NCBI GenBank assembly: GCA_963823555.1 | Contig: CAWGMA010000003.1 | Coordinates: 224,001 to 288,000, forward strand | DNA: 64,000 nt | DNA from: Candidatus Eiseniibacteriota bacterium | Lineage (GTDB): Bacteria; Eisenbacteria; RBG-16-71-46; CAVPCR01 | Direction: 5' to 3' | In this document: in pieces, positions 1 through 10,252 of the stretch | How the letters are laid out: the number at the start of each line of letters is the position of its first letter | How positions within the stretch are numbered: position 1 is the first letter of the stretch | Position numbers and translations under genes: made by a program | Notes under the pieces: model-generated | Seen by the model: only the letters and a program-made list of their open reading frames with translations | The model's database searches: none | What the model was told of the DNA's origin: nothing

Positions 1-1
1 G

Positions 2-1972
2 GCCGTCACCTTGCGTGACGGCATCGTGAGCCGGCGCCTGACGCCGGCCCGTCCGGCACGACTCGCGACCGCTGGCGGTCGCACGGGGATCGCCGTGGCC
101 GATTCCCTTGTTCTCCTTCTGAGCGTCGCCCCCGATTCGGTCTCCCCCGGGCTGGGTCCGAGCGGTGAACCGGCGGACGATGTTCTCGAGCTCATCTACC
201 GGCCGCAGGGCGAGTTCGCGCTCGAGGTCCGGATGCCGTTCTTCCCGGTCGCCGTGGATCATGGCGACGAAACGCCGGTGGCGGCGCTGGGTGCCGGAGA
301 CGGAGCGGCCATGACCGCGGCCGCCGGACGCGATTGGGCCCAGCGACTTGCCGCCGGCGCCGCGATCGAGCTGCCCGAGACCGGTCCGGCCGAGACCGCT
401 GGCGCCTCTCTCTATCACATTCTCGGGGGATCCCTGGTGAGCGCCGGCGATCGCGTCGTCGTTCTCGGCGCGCCCTTTCTCTACCGCGAGTTCTACATGC
501 GGGATGCCGCCTACACGATGGTCGCGCTCGACCAGTTCGGTTACCACGCCGAAGCCCGCGCCGGTCTAGAGACCATGCTCACGCATCAGGCCGCTGACGG
601 ACAGCTCCTCTCCCACGTGGAACAGCACGATGGGATCGGACTCGCGCTGTGGGCGCTGGGCGAGCACCTGGCGCTGACCCGAGATCGCGGGTTCGCCGTG
701 GCGGTGATGGATCGCGTGGCCCGCGCTGTCGACTGGTATCGGAACGCGCTCGCGCCCTACCGCGCCGATTCGCCCGGAGAGCGCGGAGAGTGGGACACCG
801 AATTCCCCGGCATCCTGCCGGCCACGATCATGAAGGACAACGAGCAGGTGGTGGCGGCGCACATCGTCGGCCACAACCTGTGGGCGAGCGCCGGACTGGC
901 GGCGGCAATCGATGTGGCGAAGCTGGCGGGCGATGCCGACTCGGTGCGCTCCTGGCAGCGGCTCGATGCCCAGTTCGAGGAGGATCTGGCCCGGTATCTC
1001 GTCAAACTCGAGAAGCGGACCGGCGGGCTGATCACGGCGACATTCGAGGGCGCCGGCACGCAGGCCGGATACGACCAGCCATCATCGGTCCGCGGGGGCC
1101 TCGACTGGGGCAATCTCGAGATCGCCTACCCGACCCGCACCTGGCGCGGCGACGATCCCCGGCTGCGGACGAGCCTCGACGCCTGGAGTGGACGGCTCCA
1201 GGAAGGTCTCTATCCCTATCCGCTCGGCTTCAACACGAGCTTGATCCACCACTACCTGCCGGTCGCGCTCGGCCACGCGCTCCTCGGCGCCGGCAGTGAT
1301 ACCGATCGCGAGCATCTCCTCACCATCTTCTATGATGGCCTCCTGGGGCACGCGACGAGCACGTACGGCGGGGCCGAGCTCATCAACAGCTACACACGCA
1401 ACGTGTGGCCGCTCGAGAACATCCCGCCGCACAACACCTTCTCCGCCCGCTACCTGCTCCTGCTGCGCGACATGCTGCTGCGCGAGGTGGGGCGCGTGGG
1501 CGCGGCGAGCGATACGCTGCTCATCGGGGGCGGGTTGTCTCCGGCCTGGCTCGAGTCAGGGGCGACGATCAAGTTCGAGGGCGCGGCAACCCATTTCGGC
1601 TGGGTCGATCTCGCGCTCGAGATCAAGGCGGCATCCGATGCCGGGCGGACGCTCGCGCTGCGCGCGGCCCTCGGTGCCACCCCCCCCGCCCGTTTCCTCG
1701 AGCCTCGCCCCCATCTTCCTGCGCCCGCGACTCCGATCACGATCGGCGGACCGCCGCCAGCGCCGGCGGCCATCGTGTTCCGGGCCCCACTCGGGTTCCG
1801 TATCACGGCGGTGCGCGCCAGAGCGGGTGCGAGAGCGGGGACGATCGAGCAAGGAGGACGGCGTGTCGTGCTGTCGCCGGGCGCGGCGCAGTCGGGAGTC
1901 GAGATCGAGCTCGAGGGCCGAGCCGATCCGCGCTTCACCGTCGACCAGGCGCGGAGCCGTCTCGGGCTCTAA
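2..1972 (+). CDS. Six-hairpin (alpha/alpha)6 glycoside hydrolase-like protein, probably 5'-truncated by the window edge
   Basis: The frame is open from the window start. 'YREFYMRDAAYTMVALDQFGY' and 'DGIGLALWALGEH' resemble GH15/GH78/GH65-type barrel segments, followed by a C-terminal beta-sandwich ('ATHFGWVDL'). Exact GH family not determinable. Confidence 0.6.
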   Translation, partial: AVTLRDGIVSRRLTPARPARLATAGGRTGIAVADSLVLLLSVAPDSVSPGLGPSGEPADDVLELIYRPQGEFALEVRMPFFPVAVDHGDETPVAALGAGDGAAMTAAAGRDWAQRLAAGAAIELPETGPAETAGASLYHILGGSLVSAGDRVVVLGAPFLYREFYMRDAAYTMVALDQFGYHAEARAGLETMLTHQAADGQLLSHVEQHDGIGLALWALGEHLALTRDRGFAVAVMDRVARAVDWYRNALAPYRADSPGERGEWDTEFPGILPATIMKDNEQVVAAHIVGHNLWASAGLAAAIDVAKLAGDADSVRSWQRLDAQFEEDLARYLVKLEKRTGGLITATFEGAGTQAGYDQPSSVRGGLDWGNLEIAYPTRTWRGDDPRLRTSLDAWSGRLQEGLYPYPLGFNTSLIHHYLPVALGHALLGAGSDTDREHLLTIFYDGLLGHATSTYGGAELINSYTRNVWPLENIPPHNTFSARYLLLLRDMLLREVGRVGAASDTLLIGGGLSPAWLESGATIKFEGAATHFGWVDLALEIKAASDAGRTLALRAALGATPPARFLEPRPHLPAPATPITIGGPPPAPAAIVFRAPLGFRITAVRARAGARAGTIEQGGRRVVLSPGAAQSGVEIELEGRADPRFTVDQARSRLGL

Positions 1973-4434
1973 CGCAAGCGCACCAGCGGCCGGGAAACCG
2001 TGCGTCCTCCGGCCTCGACCCGGGTGAAGTAGACGCCCGAGCTCTGAGTCGCTCCCGACTCATCCCGGCCGTCCCAGCTCGTGCGGTGCTCACCCGCCTC
2101 GAGCGTGGCCGCCACGAGCGTACGGACGAGGCGCCCGGAGACGTCGATCACCGACACGCGCACGGTGGTCCTCGCCGGCAGCGCGAAGCGGATCGTCGCC
2201 GCGTCGCTGAAGGGATTCGGCTGGATCGCTCCAAGCGCGAGCGGTGGTGTGGCGAGGGGCGCGGTCGCCGTGACCGGACCGAAGGTCTGCGTGCCGCCGG
2301 AGCGATCCAGCGCCAGGATCCGGTAGCGATAGGTCGCGCCCGGATTCACGCGCGCATCACGGAAGCGGTAGGGTGCCGGCGCGGCGATCGGTGTCGCCGT
2401 CATGCGCTCGAATCCATTCCCGGTCGCGCGCTCGACATGGAAGCCGACCAGGTCTTCCTCGAACGATGTCGCCCAGGCGACCACGATGGCGCCCCCCTCC
2501 GGCATCGCCGTGAGGCTCGAGATCGCCACCGGATTGGCGCTCGCGCACTGCGCCGGTAGCACCGCGAGGCCCATGTCGAAGTCGGCGACGAAGGCGTAGG
2601 GGGAGTCGACCGCGATGCCGCGCGCGCTGCCCGGGGTGTTCGCGCTCCCGAGCACGACAGGGGCCGTCGGCACGTTGAGGTCGATGACCGTCACTCCCGT
2701 GCCGCGGGTGGCGACATACGCATGGTTCGACGAGATGGTGACGCTCGCCGCCGTCTCCGGGATGTCGATGGTGGCGGCGAGGACCGGCTCCATTGGGTTC
2801 CGCACATCGATGACATGCAACCCGGCGCTGCCGTCGGCGATGACCACGGTGCGCCCGGAAACCGCCACGGCGCACGCCCGCGTCGGGATGGCGAGGTTGC
2901 CGATGATCGTGGGGGCGGCGGGATTGCCCATATCCACGACCAGGAGGCCGCCCGTTCGGTCGGCGACATAGGCGAACGCTCCCGCCACCGCGACGTCGCA
3001 GGCGAAGCCCGGAGTGTCGGCGCTGCCGACGAGCGCTGGAGTCCGTGGATTCGCCACGTCGATGACGAGGAGGCCGGTGGCGCCGTCGGCCACCAGCGCG
3101 AGATGGCCGGAGAGCGTCACCGCGGAGGCGGAGTCCGGAGTGTCGAAGCTGCCGACAATGAATGGAGCGCCGGGATCGCTCGCATCGATGATCTCGAGGC
3201 CCGAGGCAAGATCCGCGACGTATGCCTGCGTTCCGCTGGCCGCGACTCGAGCCGCGTAGTCCGGGGTGTTCACGCTGCCGCGAAGCAAGGGGGCCAGCGG
3301 TGTGTTGACATCGATGACGCGTAGCCCGGATCGACCATCGGCGACATAGGCGAGATTTCCGGATAGCGCCACCGCGCTGGCCTCGCTCGGGGCGGCCAGG
3401 TTGCTCACGGCCACGACCGACGCCGGGTTCGACACGTCGACCAGGATGAGGCCCGAAGCGGCATCGGCGATGTAGGCGAGCGAGCCCGCGATGGCCACCC
3501 CCGAGGCCAGGTCCGGAGTATCGAATCCACCCACCAGTTCGGGTGCCGCGGGGACCGAGATGTCGATGGCATGCAGTCCGGATTCGCCGTCGACGACATA
3601 GGCGTGCGAGCCCGCGATGGCGACGCCGTAGGCGAGATCCGGAGTATCGATCGCCCCGATGATCGCCGGCGCGGTGGGGTTCGCCACATTCACGATCTGG
3701 AGGCCGGCGTTCCAGTCGGCAACGTAGGCGAGGCCTCCGATCACGGTCACGCCGCGGGCGGTGCCGGGCGTGTCCGCATTGCCGACCATCCGGGGCGCGG
3801 CCGGATTCGTGATGTCGATGACCTCGAGACCGAAGTAGCTGTCGGCGACATAGGCGTAGGAGCCGGCGACATCGATGCCGAGGGCATAGCCGGGAGTGTC
3901 GATCGTCGCGATGATCGCGGGTGCCGTGGGATCCGAGATGTCCACGACCTGGAGACCGGCATTCCAGTCGGCGAGATAGGCGATGGAGCCGGCGACAGAG
4001 ACCGCGAAGGCGATCCCGGGCGTATCGATCGCGCCCACGATGACGGGCGCCCTGGGGTTCGACACATCGACGATCTTGAGCCCGGCGTCATAATCGGTGA
4101 CCAGGACCAGGGGATAGGCGACGGTAACCCCGAACGCATAGCCGGGGGTGTCGGCGGTGCCGACGATCACCGGGGTCGCGGGGTTCGAGATGTCCACGAT
4201 CTGGAGCCCCGCGTCCCAGTCGCCCACGTAGGCGTAATAGCCGTGAACCGCTACTCGATATCCCGATCCCGGCGTATCGACTCCCCCTGTCCAGTGCAGG
4301 TAGTTGCCGTACTCGATGCAATCGCTGGCGGCCGCGGTTCCATGAATGATGACGGCGGCAAGGAGGACGAGAGGTAGTGGGCGACACGAGGCCCGGAAGA
4401 GACCCTTTCTGAAGCGCGTGGCGACTGATTGCAA
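1969..4434 (-). CDS. Secreted LVIVD-repeat beta-propeller protein with FN3-like and C-terminal FlgD-Ig/T9SS-CTD-like domains
   Basis: 14 repeats of ~42 aa (DTPGxAxxVxVxGxxAYVAD..GLxIVDxxNPxAP) and a C-terminal NPF...WDGRDESG...SGVYF motif. TTG start at 4434 chosen because AAGGAGG lies just upstream and a signal peptide follows. Confidence 0.85.
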   Translation of the reverse strand: MQSVATRFRKGLFRASCRPLPLVLLAAVIIHGTAAASDCIEYGNYLHWTGGVDTPGSGYRVAVHGYYAYVGDWDAGLQIVDISNPATPVIVGTADTPGYAFGVTVAYPLVLVTDYDAGLKIVDVSNPRAPVIVGAIDTPGIAFAVSVAGSIAYLADWNAGLQVVDISDPTAPAIIATIDTPGYALGIDVAGSYAYVADSYFGLEVIDITNPAAPRMVGNADTPGTARGVTVIGGLAYVADWNAGLQIVNVANPTAPAIIGAIDTPDLAYGVAIAGSHAYVVDGESGLHAIDISVPAAPELVGGFDTPDLASGVAIAGSLAYIADAASGLILVDVSNPASVVAVSNLAAPSEASAVALSGNLAYVADGRSGLRVIDVNTPLAPLLRGSVNTPDYAARVAASGTQAYVADLASGLEIIDASDPGAPFIVGSFDTPDSASAVTLSGHLALVADGATGLLVIDVANPRTPALVGSADTPGFACDVAVAGAFAYVADRTGGLLVVDMGNPAAPTIIGNLAIPTRACAVAVSGRTVVIADGSAGLHVIDVRNPMEPVLAATIDIPETAASVTISSNHAYVATRGTGVTVIDLNVPTAPVVLGSANTPGSARGIAVDSPYAFVADFDMGLAVLPAQCASANPVAISSLTAMPEGGAIVVAWATSFEEDLVGFHVERATGNGFERMTATPIAAPAPYRFRDARVNPGATYRYRILALDRSGGTQTFGPVTATAPLATPPLALGAIQPNPFSDAATIRFALPARTTVRVSVIDVSGRLVRTLVAATLEAGEHRTSWDGRDESGATQSSGVYFTRVEAGGRTVSRPLVRLR
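2545..4320 (-). repeat. 14 tandem LVIVD repeats (~126 bp unit) within the CDS
   Basis: Counted directly in the translation; a single Cys lies at each end of the array. Confidence 0.85.
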
Positions 4435-4591
4435 CGGCCAGCCCTCCTTCGGATGCGCCATCATGGATGCCGGTCGAGGCCCATGACGCCGTGGCCGGGG
4501 ATATCTTGTGCTAGAGTAGGGTCCGTTTTCCCGGGCGCCGCCCGGCGCCCCTTCGAACCCCCCGCTCCTCGAGCGACGCAAGGTATTGCCC

Positions 4592-6529
4592 ATGACGTCC
4601 AAGACCGCGGCTTCCGGCACTCCGGGAGCAGCCGGGCGTTCCCCCGGAGGGGAGTCCACCCCTCGCGGCGGCGCTCCCGCACCCCGGCGCACCAAGTCAT
4701 TCCTCGATGCCGTCCAGAACTCGATCGTCGTGTCCGACGGCGCCATGGGCACCATGCTCTATGCGCGGGGCATCTTCCTGAATCGCTGCTTCGACGAGCT
4801 CAACCTCACGAGCCCGGCGCTCATCGCCGAGATCCACAAGCAGTATCTCGACGCCGGCGCCGAGGTGCTCACCACCAATACCTTCGGCGCAAACCGATAC
4901 AAGCTGCAGCCCCACGGGCTCGAGGACAAGGTCCAGGAGCTCAATCAGCGGGGGGCCGCCATCGCCCGCCAGGTGGCGGGTGACTCAGCCTGGGTCGCCG
5001 GCTCGGTGGGACCCGTGGGCGGCCAGCTGCATCCGCTCGGTCCGCTCGATCCTCCGGAGGTCGAGGCCGCGTTCCGGGAGCAGATCCTGGGTCTCGCCGC
5101 GGGCGGGGCGGACCTGATCGTTCTCGAGACATTCCATGCCCTACCCGAGATGGGGGCCGCGCTCCGGGCCGCACGGGGGGCAGCCGAGCTACCGGTCATC
5201 GCCAGCTTCTCCTTCGACCACAACCGGCTGACCAACATCGGGGTCTCCCCCGAGGAGGCGGCCGCCTTCGCCGAGATCGAGGGCGCCGACGTGATCGGCG
5301 TCAACTGCTCGACCGGTCCCAACGACGTGCTCGAGGTCGTCGAGCGCATGGTGCGGATCACCAAGAAGCCGATCGCGGTGCAGCCCAACGCCGGCCTGCC
5401 GCGCGAGGTGCAGAACCGGCTCATCTTCCTCGCCACGCCGGAGTACCTCGCCGAGTACGCTCGCCGATTCATCCAGTCCGGGGCGAGCATGGTGGGCGGG
5501 TGCTGCGGCACCACCCCCGAGCACATCAAGCAGATGCGAGTCTTCGTGCGCCAGCTGGTGCCGATGAAGGCGGCCACGCGTCAGATCGAGGTGGTCGAGG
5601 AAGCCCCGCATCCGATGCGCAAGCAGAAGCCTCCCGCGGAGAAGACGCCGCTGGGGGCCAAGCTCGGGAAGACGTTCGTGGTCTCGGTGGAGATCGATCC
5701 GCCGCGCGGCACCGACCCGACCAAGGCGGTCGAGGGGGCGATGATGCTGCGCGGTGAAGGGATCGATGCCATCAACATCGCCGACGGCCCCCGGGCCTCG
5801 GCGCGCATGAGTCCGCTGGCCCTCGCTGTGCTCATGATGAACCAGGGAGTGGAGACGATCGTCCACTTCTGCTGCCGCGACCGGAACCTCCTCAGCATGC
5901 AGGCGGATCTCATCGGCTTGAATGCGATCGGGCTGCGCAACGTCCTCATCGTCACCGGCGATCCGCCCAAGATGGGTGACTATCCCGACGCCACGGCGGT
6001 CTTCGACGTCGACTCGATCGGCCTCACGCGCTTTGCCAGCCGCCTGAACGTCGGGCTCGACATGGCGGGAAACGAAGTCGGCGAGCCGACCTCATTGCTC
6101 CTCGGCGTGGGCGCCAACCCGGGAGCCATCGATCTCGACACCGAGGTGCAGCGTTTCAAGCTCAAGCTCGAGGCGGGCGCCGAGTACTGCCTCACCCAGC
6201 CGGTCTATGACGTCCGGTTCCTCGAGGAGTTCCTGCGGCGGGCGCGCCCGGTGCCGATCCCGGTCCTGGTCGGGATCCTGCCGCTCTCGAGCTATCGCAA
6301 CGCCGAGTTCCTCCACAACGAGGTGCCGGGAATGGCGATTCCGGCGTCGATCCGCGAGCGCATGAAGCGGGCGAGCGACGCCTCCAAGGAAGCGGCGCAG
6401 GCCGAAGGCATCGCCATCGCGCGCGAGGCTCTGGCCGCCGCCAAGGAGTTTCCCGAGATCCAGGGCTGCTACATCATGCCGCCCTTCGGACGCTACTCGA
6501 CCGCGCTCGAGGTCCTCGAAGCGATCTAG
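4592..6529 (+). CDS. yitJ: Bifunctional homocysteine S-methyltransferase / methylenetetrahydrofolate reductase
   Basis: N-terminal DGAMGTML, GVNC and GGCCGTTPEHI Zn motifs; C-terminal MTHFR domain (VSVEIDPPRG, CRDRN, TGDPPKMGDYP, TQPVYD). Confidence 0.93.
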   Translation: MTSKTAASGTPGAAGRSPGGESTPRGGAPAPRRTKSFLDAVQNSIVVSDGAMGTMLYARGIFLNRCFDELNLTSPALIAEIHKQYLDAGAEVLTTNTFGANRYKLQPHGLEDKVQELNQRGAAIARQVAGDSAWVAGSVGPVGGQLHPLGPLDPPEVEAAFREQILGLAAGGADLIVLETFHALPEMGAALRAARGAAELPVIASFSFDHNRLTNIGVSPEEAAAFAEIEGADVIGVNCSTGPNDVLEVVERMVRITKKPIAVQPNAGLPREVQNRLIFLATPEYLAEYARRFIQSGASMVGGCCGTTPEHIKQMRVFVRQLVPMKAATRQIEVVEEAPHPMRKQKPPAEKTPLGAKLGKTFVVSVEIDPPRGTDPTKAVEGAMMLRGEGIDAINIADGPRASARMSPLALAVLMMNQGVETIVHFCCRDRNLLSMQADLIGLNAIGLRNVLIVTGDPPKMGDYPDATAVFDVDSIGLTRFASRLNVGLDMAGNEVGEPTSLLLGVGANPGAIDLDTEVQRFKLKLEAGAEYCLTQPVYDVRFLEEFLRRARPVPIPVLVGILPLSSYRNAEFLHNEVPGMAIPASIRERMKRASDASKEAAQAEGIAIAREALAAAKEFPEIQGCYIMPPFGRYSTALEVLEAI

Positions 6530-6781
6530 TGACGGAGGAATTTCGCCGTGTCGCTACCGCCGGGAAAGCGTCTCGGCCTCGCGGCCGGGGTTGTTTCCTA
6601 AGTCTCATCCAGGCTTGCGCATAGCCGGATCTGAGGCCCGGGTGGATCAGCTGCAAGACCCGACCGGCCGTCGCCGGGCCTGCGCGAGGGATCCGAAGCG
6701 GAGCGCGTGGGGTCCCGGGCGTGCTACCGTCTGGCCCATCGGGCCGCTTCGGAAATCGCCGCTTGCCGGGAGGCTCTCGCC

Positions 6782-8248
6782 ATGGCGATCAAGACCTACG
6801 CCGACTACCTCGCCTCGCTCCGGGCCATGCGCCCGAACATCTACAAGTTCGACGAGCTCATCACCGACGTCACCACGCATCCCGCCACACGTCGCACGGT
6901 CGAGGGCCACGGCTGGACCTTCAAGGCCGCCGCCGATCCCGAGCTGCGACCGCTCGTCACCGCGACTTCGCATCTCACGGGCGAACCCATCAGTCGCTAC
7001 CTCTCCATCCTTCGCTCGCCGGAAGACATGTACGCCAATTCACGTATGAAACGGCTCATGTTCCATCTCACGGGCACCTGTACCGGAGGGCGCTGTGCCG
7101 GCTGGAACGCGCTCAACGCGATGTTCATCACCACCTGGGAGATGGATCGCGATCTCGGAACGGGCTATCACGAACGTCTGCTCCGGTGGCTTCGTGAGGC
7201 ACAGAGCCTCGATATCACGATCTCCGGAGCGCTCACCGATGCCAAGGGGGATCGCACCAAGACTCCCTCGCAGCAGGAGGATCCCGATCTCTTCCTCAGG
7301 ATCGTCGAGCGGCGCGACGACGGCATCGTGGTGCGAGGCGCCAAGCTCATGATCTGCGGGGTGGCCGCCGCCAACGAGATCTTCGTCCTGCCCGGGAGCG
7401 CCTACGGCGAGGCGGAGGCCGACTACGCGGTGTCTTTCGTCATTCCCCGCGACAGCGAGGGGCTCACCATCGTCGAGACCCGCCATCCCAGCGATGGCCG
7501 CGACTACGAGGAGGGCTTCGATAACCCGGTCTGCGAAGGCGGCATCACCCAGGCCTTTCTTCTCTTCGAGGACGTGTTCGTGCCGCGCGAACGCATCTTC
7601 ATGTGTGGAGAGGTGAGTCACACCAAGACGGCCGTGATGAGCTTCATCGGTCCCTACCGCGCCGCGATCGGAGGCTGTGTCGCCGGGCAGGGCGACGTCA
7701 AGATCGGGTCCGCGATCCTCACCGCGAGGGCCAACGGGCTCTCGGCCAAGGTCTTCACGGATAAGGTGGTCCAGATGCACATCAACAACGAGACCACCTT
7801 CGGCATGGGCATCGCGGCGGCGGCGATGGGACGGCCCCATCCCTCCGGAGCATGGCAGTGCGATCAGCTCCTCTCGAACGTCAACAAGGTGCACGTGGCC
7901 ACCTTGCCCTATCAGACGTCGGTGCTGGCGCAGGACATCGCCGGCGGCATCGCGGAAACGGGATGTATGCCGTCGGCCAAGGACTTCGCCTCGACCCGCT
8001 ACGGTCATTTGATCCAGAAGTACATGAAGGCCCGGGCGAGCGGCGAGGCGCGGGCGAGAGCGGCACGGCTCGTCGAGTGGTGCACGATCGGCGGCGGGGT
8101 GCCGGGATGCATGCACGGCGGGGGTTCTCCCGATGGGGCGAAGCTCATGATTCGCACCCTCGCCCACCTCGAGGACAAGGTCGAGATCGCCCGTCGTCTG
8201 GCCCGCATCGAGGAGGAGATCCCCGATCCGGCGCCCGCCCGGCGCTAG
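6782..8248 (+). CDS. 4-hydroxybutyryl-CoA dehydratase / 4-hydroxyphenylacetate 3-hydroxylase family flavoprotein (divergent)
   Basis: ALTDAKGDR, DPDLFLRIVERRDDGIVVRGAK, FEDVFVPRERIF, QDIAGG and MHGGGSP motifs; GGGAGG RBS before the ATG at 6782. Confidence 0.85.
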   Translation: MAIKTYADYLASLRAMRPNIYKFDELITDVTTHPATRRTVEGHGWTFKAAADPELRPLVTATSHLTGEPISRYLSILRSPEDMYANSRMKRLMFHLTGTCTGGRCAGWNALNAMFITTWEMDRDLGTGYHERLLRWLREAQSLDITISGALTDAKGDRTKTPSQQEDPDLFLRIVERRDDGIVVRGAKLMICGVAAANEIFVLPGSAYGEAEADYAVSFVIPRDSEGLTIVETRHPSDGRDYEEGFDNPVCEGGITQAFLLFEDVFVPRERIFMCGEVSHTKTAVMSFIGPYRAAIGGCVAGQGDVKIGSAILTARANGLSAKVFTDKVVQMHINNETTFGMGIAAAAMGRPHPSGAWQCDQLLSNVNKVHVATLPYQTSVLAQDIAGGIAETGCMPSAKDFASTRYGHLIQKYMKARASGEARARAARLVEWCTIGGGVPGCMHGGGSPDGAKLMIRTLAHLEDKVEIARRLARIEEEIPDPAPARR

Positions 8249-8273
8249 GCCGCGCGGCAGGGCGACCGGGCTG

Positions 8274-8301
8274 CCCCGGCGGCCGGCACCGGCCGCCGGG
8301 G
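8274..8301. terminator. GC-rich hairpin between convergent genes (candidate terminator)
   Basis: CCCCGGCGGCCG-gcac-CGGCCGCCGGGG is a perfect 12-bp stem; no U-tail. Confidence 0.5.
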
Positions 8302-8314
8302 ACATCACGCTCGG

Positions 8315-10134
8315 CTATTCGAGCAGCACCATCGCCTGCGAGGTGCTGCCGTTTCTCGACTCGAGCCGGCAGTAGTACACACCCGAGGCCAGTGACTGGC
8401 CCCTCTCGTCGCGCCCATCCCAGGTCACGCTCTCGATGCCGTTGCCGGCGGCGCCGGAGAAGAGCGTCCGCACGAAGCGGCCGTCGATGTCGTAGACCGC
8501 GAGGCGCACGGTCTCGCCGGCGGCCTCGAAGCGGATGGTCGTGGCCGGGTTGAACGGATTGGGCGAGCTCGGGTAGAGGCGGAGGGCCGAGCTTGCCGCG
8601 GGCGCCCCGCTATCCACCATCGCGACGATGTCCTCGCACTCATCGGGAATGCCGTTCTGGTTCGTGTCCGGGCTCGTGCCGAGCTGGATGTCGAGCGTGT
8701 CGGGAACGCTGTTCACGTTGCAGTCGTAGTCACCGATCCGCGTGTAGTAGACGTCCTGCTCGCCGTTGAAGGTGGCCGCCCAGGCCAGGCTTGGCGCCCA
8801 CGTCATCCGAGATCATGTGGTAGTAGTCGCCGATCTTGTTCTGCTGGGGCCAGCCGAGGAAGCTGTCCCAGTACTCGCTCACCCGCTCGTTCGGCCGACC
8901 AGGTCGCGCCGCCGTCGGTCGAGAACGAGTAGTAGAGCGCAGAGTCAGTTGACGACTCCGGTGTCCCGGGTGTCGTTCCAGACGGCATCGATGCGACCGT
9001 TCGGCGCCACCGACATCGTGGCGAACCACTGCCAGTTGTTGGGTGCGCTCGGGTCGTCGTTGACGCGGACCCACGGGCCCAAGGTGACGCCGCCGTCGGT
9101 CGAGCGCGCGAAATGGACGTCGAGGGGATCGGTGCCGGCGGGGTTCGACCGACGCCAGGACGTAGACCCAGCCGCCGGTGGGACCATCCGAGTGATCGAC
9201 GGCGATCCAGAACTGGCCCAGGAGCCCGCCCGGGTTGGGGCCGGTCGAGAAGCCGAGATTGCCGCCCATGTCGACATCGGCCAGCTGGAAGGTGGGCGAG
9301 GATCCGCGAGTTCTGCGCGTTGGTCGAGCGGGCGACGTAGAACGGGGAGCCGAAGTCGCTCCCCGAGATGTAGAGCGTGCCGTTCGGGCGCCACGTCGAG
9401 CGTGCCCCAGACCGGCGTGTTGGGGATCGTCACCGGCGTCTGGAAGCTCTGCCCGCCGTCGGTCGAGCGGGTGAAGATATTGCTCCCGCAGCAGCTCCCC
9501 GCCGTGCTCCAGCTCTGATAGAGGTAGCCCGATCCCGATGCCATCGGTGCGATCGATGGTGATCCACTGCTTGTCGCCGCCGAAGGCGGCCACCGGCGAG
9601 CCCCAGGTCATCCCGTTGTCGGTCGAGCGGAAGAGATCGACAAGAAAGGTCTGCTGGAGGCTCGAGTAGTAGAAGACGCCGTCCTTGTCGAAGGTGAGCA
9701 CCGGATCGCTGCGGAAGACGTCCGGGTCGAGCACGCCGGGGAAGGTCCAGGTCCGCCCGCCGTCGGTCGTGTAGGCCCAGCCGGCCTGGCGGAAGTTCGA
9801 GCTCACGGTGTCGAACTGCCGCCAGCCGATCGCCATCTTGTTGGGTTCGAGCGGGTTCACCGCGATCGACGGCTCGTTGGCGGCGTCGCCCTGGATGTTG
9901 GCGCCGACCAGGCTCGACGTTGACCTGATGCGCGGTGTACTGGCGGAAGCGGACGGGCTCGGCCGGGGGCGCCAGCGGATCGGGCCGGGCGGGGATGCCC
10001 GGCGGGTCGTCGAGGACCTCGGGCGCCGGCCGGGGGAGACTCGGGTCGGCTGCTGCCCGGGGCGGCGATGACAGCGAGAGGATGCCGAAGAGGGCGCAGG
10101 CGATCAGGATCAGAGGTCGGTTTCGCTCGGGCAT
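8315..10134 (-). pseudogene. Secreted BNR/Asp-box (sialidase-like) protein with TSP3-like Ca-binding repeats and FlgD-Ig CTD, split by about 8 frameshifts (decay or sequencing error)
   Basis: Signal peptide at 10134. Asp-box motifs (YTTDGGRTW, RSTDNGMTW, RSTDGGQSF, RSTDGGVTL, FSTDGGATW) are spread over different frames, followed by DCNVNSVPD..DTNQNGIPDECE and a CTD with PNPFNPATTI..WDGRDERG..SGVY. Confidence 0.8.
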
Positions 10135-10252
10135 GATGTCTCCGTTCGAGGCCCAGGGGAAGGTTGAGCGTCAGGCGCGCGAGTCGCGAGGACAGCGTGG
10201 CGGCACGCCCTCCATTGTAGCTGATCGGCGGCCGCTCGGCCCGGGCGGGTCC

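Noticed and set aside
4500..4591. SAM riboswitch upstream of yitJ
   Set aside because: The leader is short and lacks the S-box core motifs.
4435..4755. N-terminal extension of the 928-aa LVIVD ORF overlapping yitJ
   Set aside because: It overlaps the divergent gene; the RBS and signal peptide support the TTG start at 4434.
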